From Desulfurellales bacterium (lineage in GTDB: Bacteria > Campylobacterota_A > Desulfurellia > Desulfurellales > Hippeaceae): DNA of 35,724 nucleotides. The stretch's first letter is position 1; each line of letters begins with the position of its first letter. Shown here piece after piece: positions 34,597 through 35,724 of the stretch. The notes below the pieces were generated by a model, which saw only the letters and a program-made list of their open reading frames with translations, did not search any database and was not told where the DNA came from. The DNA is taken from assembly GCA_027064405.1 (NCBI GenBank), contig JAMOPP010000161.1:1-35724 (forward strand), written 5' to 3'. The position numbers and the translations under genes were made by a program.

Positions 34597-35724
34597 ATAA
34601 TATCTTCTGCCTTTATAAGTTCAACAGCTCTTAAAAGTTGATAATCGCTCTTTAGCGTTTTTGCAATTTTCGCGGGCTCTTTCGTTCTTTCTTCTTTCTT
34701 TACAATCTTAGAACTTTTGAGATGGTGAACAAGATCATTTTCTCTAAAAGACAAACCATTTGATTCTTCTATTAGCTTAGCCTGTTTTACTACAATATCA
34801 GGCTCAATTCCCAAAGCCTGAATACTTACGCCACTCGGCGTGTAATATTTGGCAGTTGTAAGTCTTAAGGCAGAACCGTCAGATAGAGGAATTATAGATT
34901 GCACGCTACCCTTCCCAAAACTCTTAATACCCATAACTACAGCTCTTTTATCATCTTTTAAACATCCCGTAACAATTTCAGAAGCCGACGCACTACCAGC
35001 ATTAATTAATACAACCATAGGATACTGTGACTCATTTTCATCATCTTTTGCATAGAAATATTGGGCATTGGCTTTATTCTTTCCGCGAATAGAAACTATA
35101 ACACCCTTTTTAATAAAAATATCAGACACCTCAACGGCTTCTTTTAACAAACCGCCGGGGTTGTTTCTTAAATCAAGAACAAGGCCATTTATTTTTCCAA
35201 GTTTCTTTAATGCCCTTTTAACCTCTTTTGAGGTACCTTGCTGAAACTGCGAAATTCTTAAATAGCCTATATCATCAAATTTCTTATACTTTACACTTTT
35301 TACATGTATTATTGCTCTTGTTATGGTTATTTTTAAGGGTTTGTTCTGTTTCTTCCTTAAAATCGTTAAAGTAACCTTTGTATCAGGTTTTCCTCTTAAT
35401 ATTTTTACCGCATCCTGAAGACTCATACCGAGCGTGCTCTTTGAATTTATTTTGATTATTACATCCTGTGCTTTAATACCTGCCTTGTATGCCGGCGTAT
35501 CTTCTATCGGAGCAACAACTGTCAACATACCGTCTTTTAGTGTAATTTCTATGCCAAGACCGCCGAATTTGCCGGTTGTAACAATTTGCAGTTCTTTATA
35601 TTCATCCTTAGTCATATAAGAAGAGTGAGGGTCAAGAGAGCTTACCATTCCCTTTATTGCATTATCTACGAGTTTTACATCACTCACATTATCTACATAG
35701 TTGTTGTCTATTATAGCCATAAAT
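34575..35724 (-). CDS. ctp: S41 carboxy-terminal processing peptidase (PDZ-containing), 5' end beyond the window
   Basis: SSLDPHSSYM, a PDZ segment (GGLGIEI...VVAPIEDTPAYKAGIKAQDVI), the catalytic context GSASASEI, and FGKGSVQ. In relatives, NYVD...AIKGM lies about 50-80 aa into the protein, so ATG 35720 is probably internal. Confidence 0.88.
   Translation of the reverse strand, partial: FMAIIDNNYVDNVSDVKLVDNAIKGMVSSLDPHSSYMTKDEYKELQIVTTGKFGGLGIEITLKDGMLTVVAPIEDTPAYKAGIKAQDVIIKINSKSTLGMSLQDAVKILRGKPDTKVTLTILRKKQNKPLKITITRAIIHVKSVKYKKFDDIGYLRISQFQQGTSKEVKRALKKLGKINGLVLDLRNNPGGLLKEAVEVSDIFIKKGVIVSIRGKNKANAQYFYAKDDENESQYPMVVLINAGSASASEIVTGCLKDDKRAVVMGIKSFGKGSVQSIIPLSDGSALRLTTAKYYTPSGVSIQALGIEPDIVVKQAKLIEESNGLSFRENDLVHHLKSSKIVKKEERTKEPAKIAKTLKSDYQLLRAVELIKAEDIICSKKQR

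Overview
AT-rich bacterial chromosomal window. Gene content suggests an anaerobic, possibly thermophilic lineage, but the taxon cannot be determined from the sequence alone. I saw no tRNA, rRNA, CRISPR array or mobile element.

Left third: the 5' part of a malic enzyme gene, a fetAB-like ABC exporter, and a tightly coupled KamA-family radical SAM / MoaE-fold / adenine deaminase trio. A minus-strand C4-dicarboxylate block follows (mdh-fumAB, then sdhCDAB).

Middle: housekeeping genes (MBL-fold hydrolase, coaE, HemN-like radical SAM, rpsT, CIRCE-groES-groEL, nfeD-stomatin).

Right half: one ~17 kb minus-strand array.
- It opens with ctp-yibQ-tsaD.
- A c-di-GMP cluster follows: a tandem degenerate HD-GYP protein, ugd, and a Cache/HD-GYP/degenerate-GGDEF protein whose stop overlaps a Cache/GGDEF cyclase.
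- It ends with the most interesting element, a tightly packed six-gene operon homologous to the membrane arm plus NuoB/NuoD core of group 4 [NiFe] hydrogenases and complex I (HyfC-, HyfE-, HyfF-, large-, small- and HyfB-like).

In that operon the large subunit keeps only 1 of 4 Ni-Fe cysteines and the small subunit keeps only 1 of 4 [4Fe-4S] cysteines. There is no HycF/NuoI-type ferredoxin gene, no NuoC and no maturation gene. An ATP-cone/PD-(D/E)xK protein gene follows 3 nt downstream. This looks like a redox-dead, Ehr-type energy-converting complex of unknown function.
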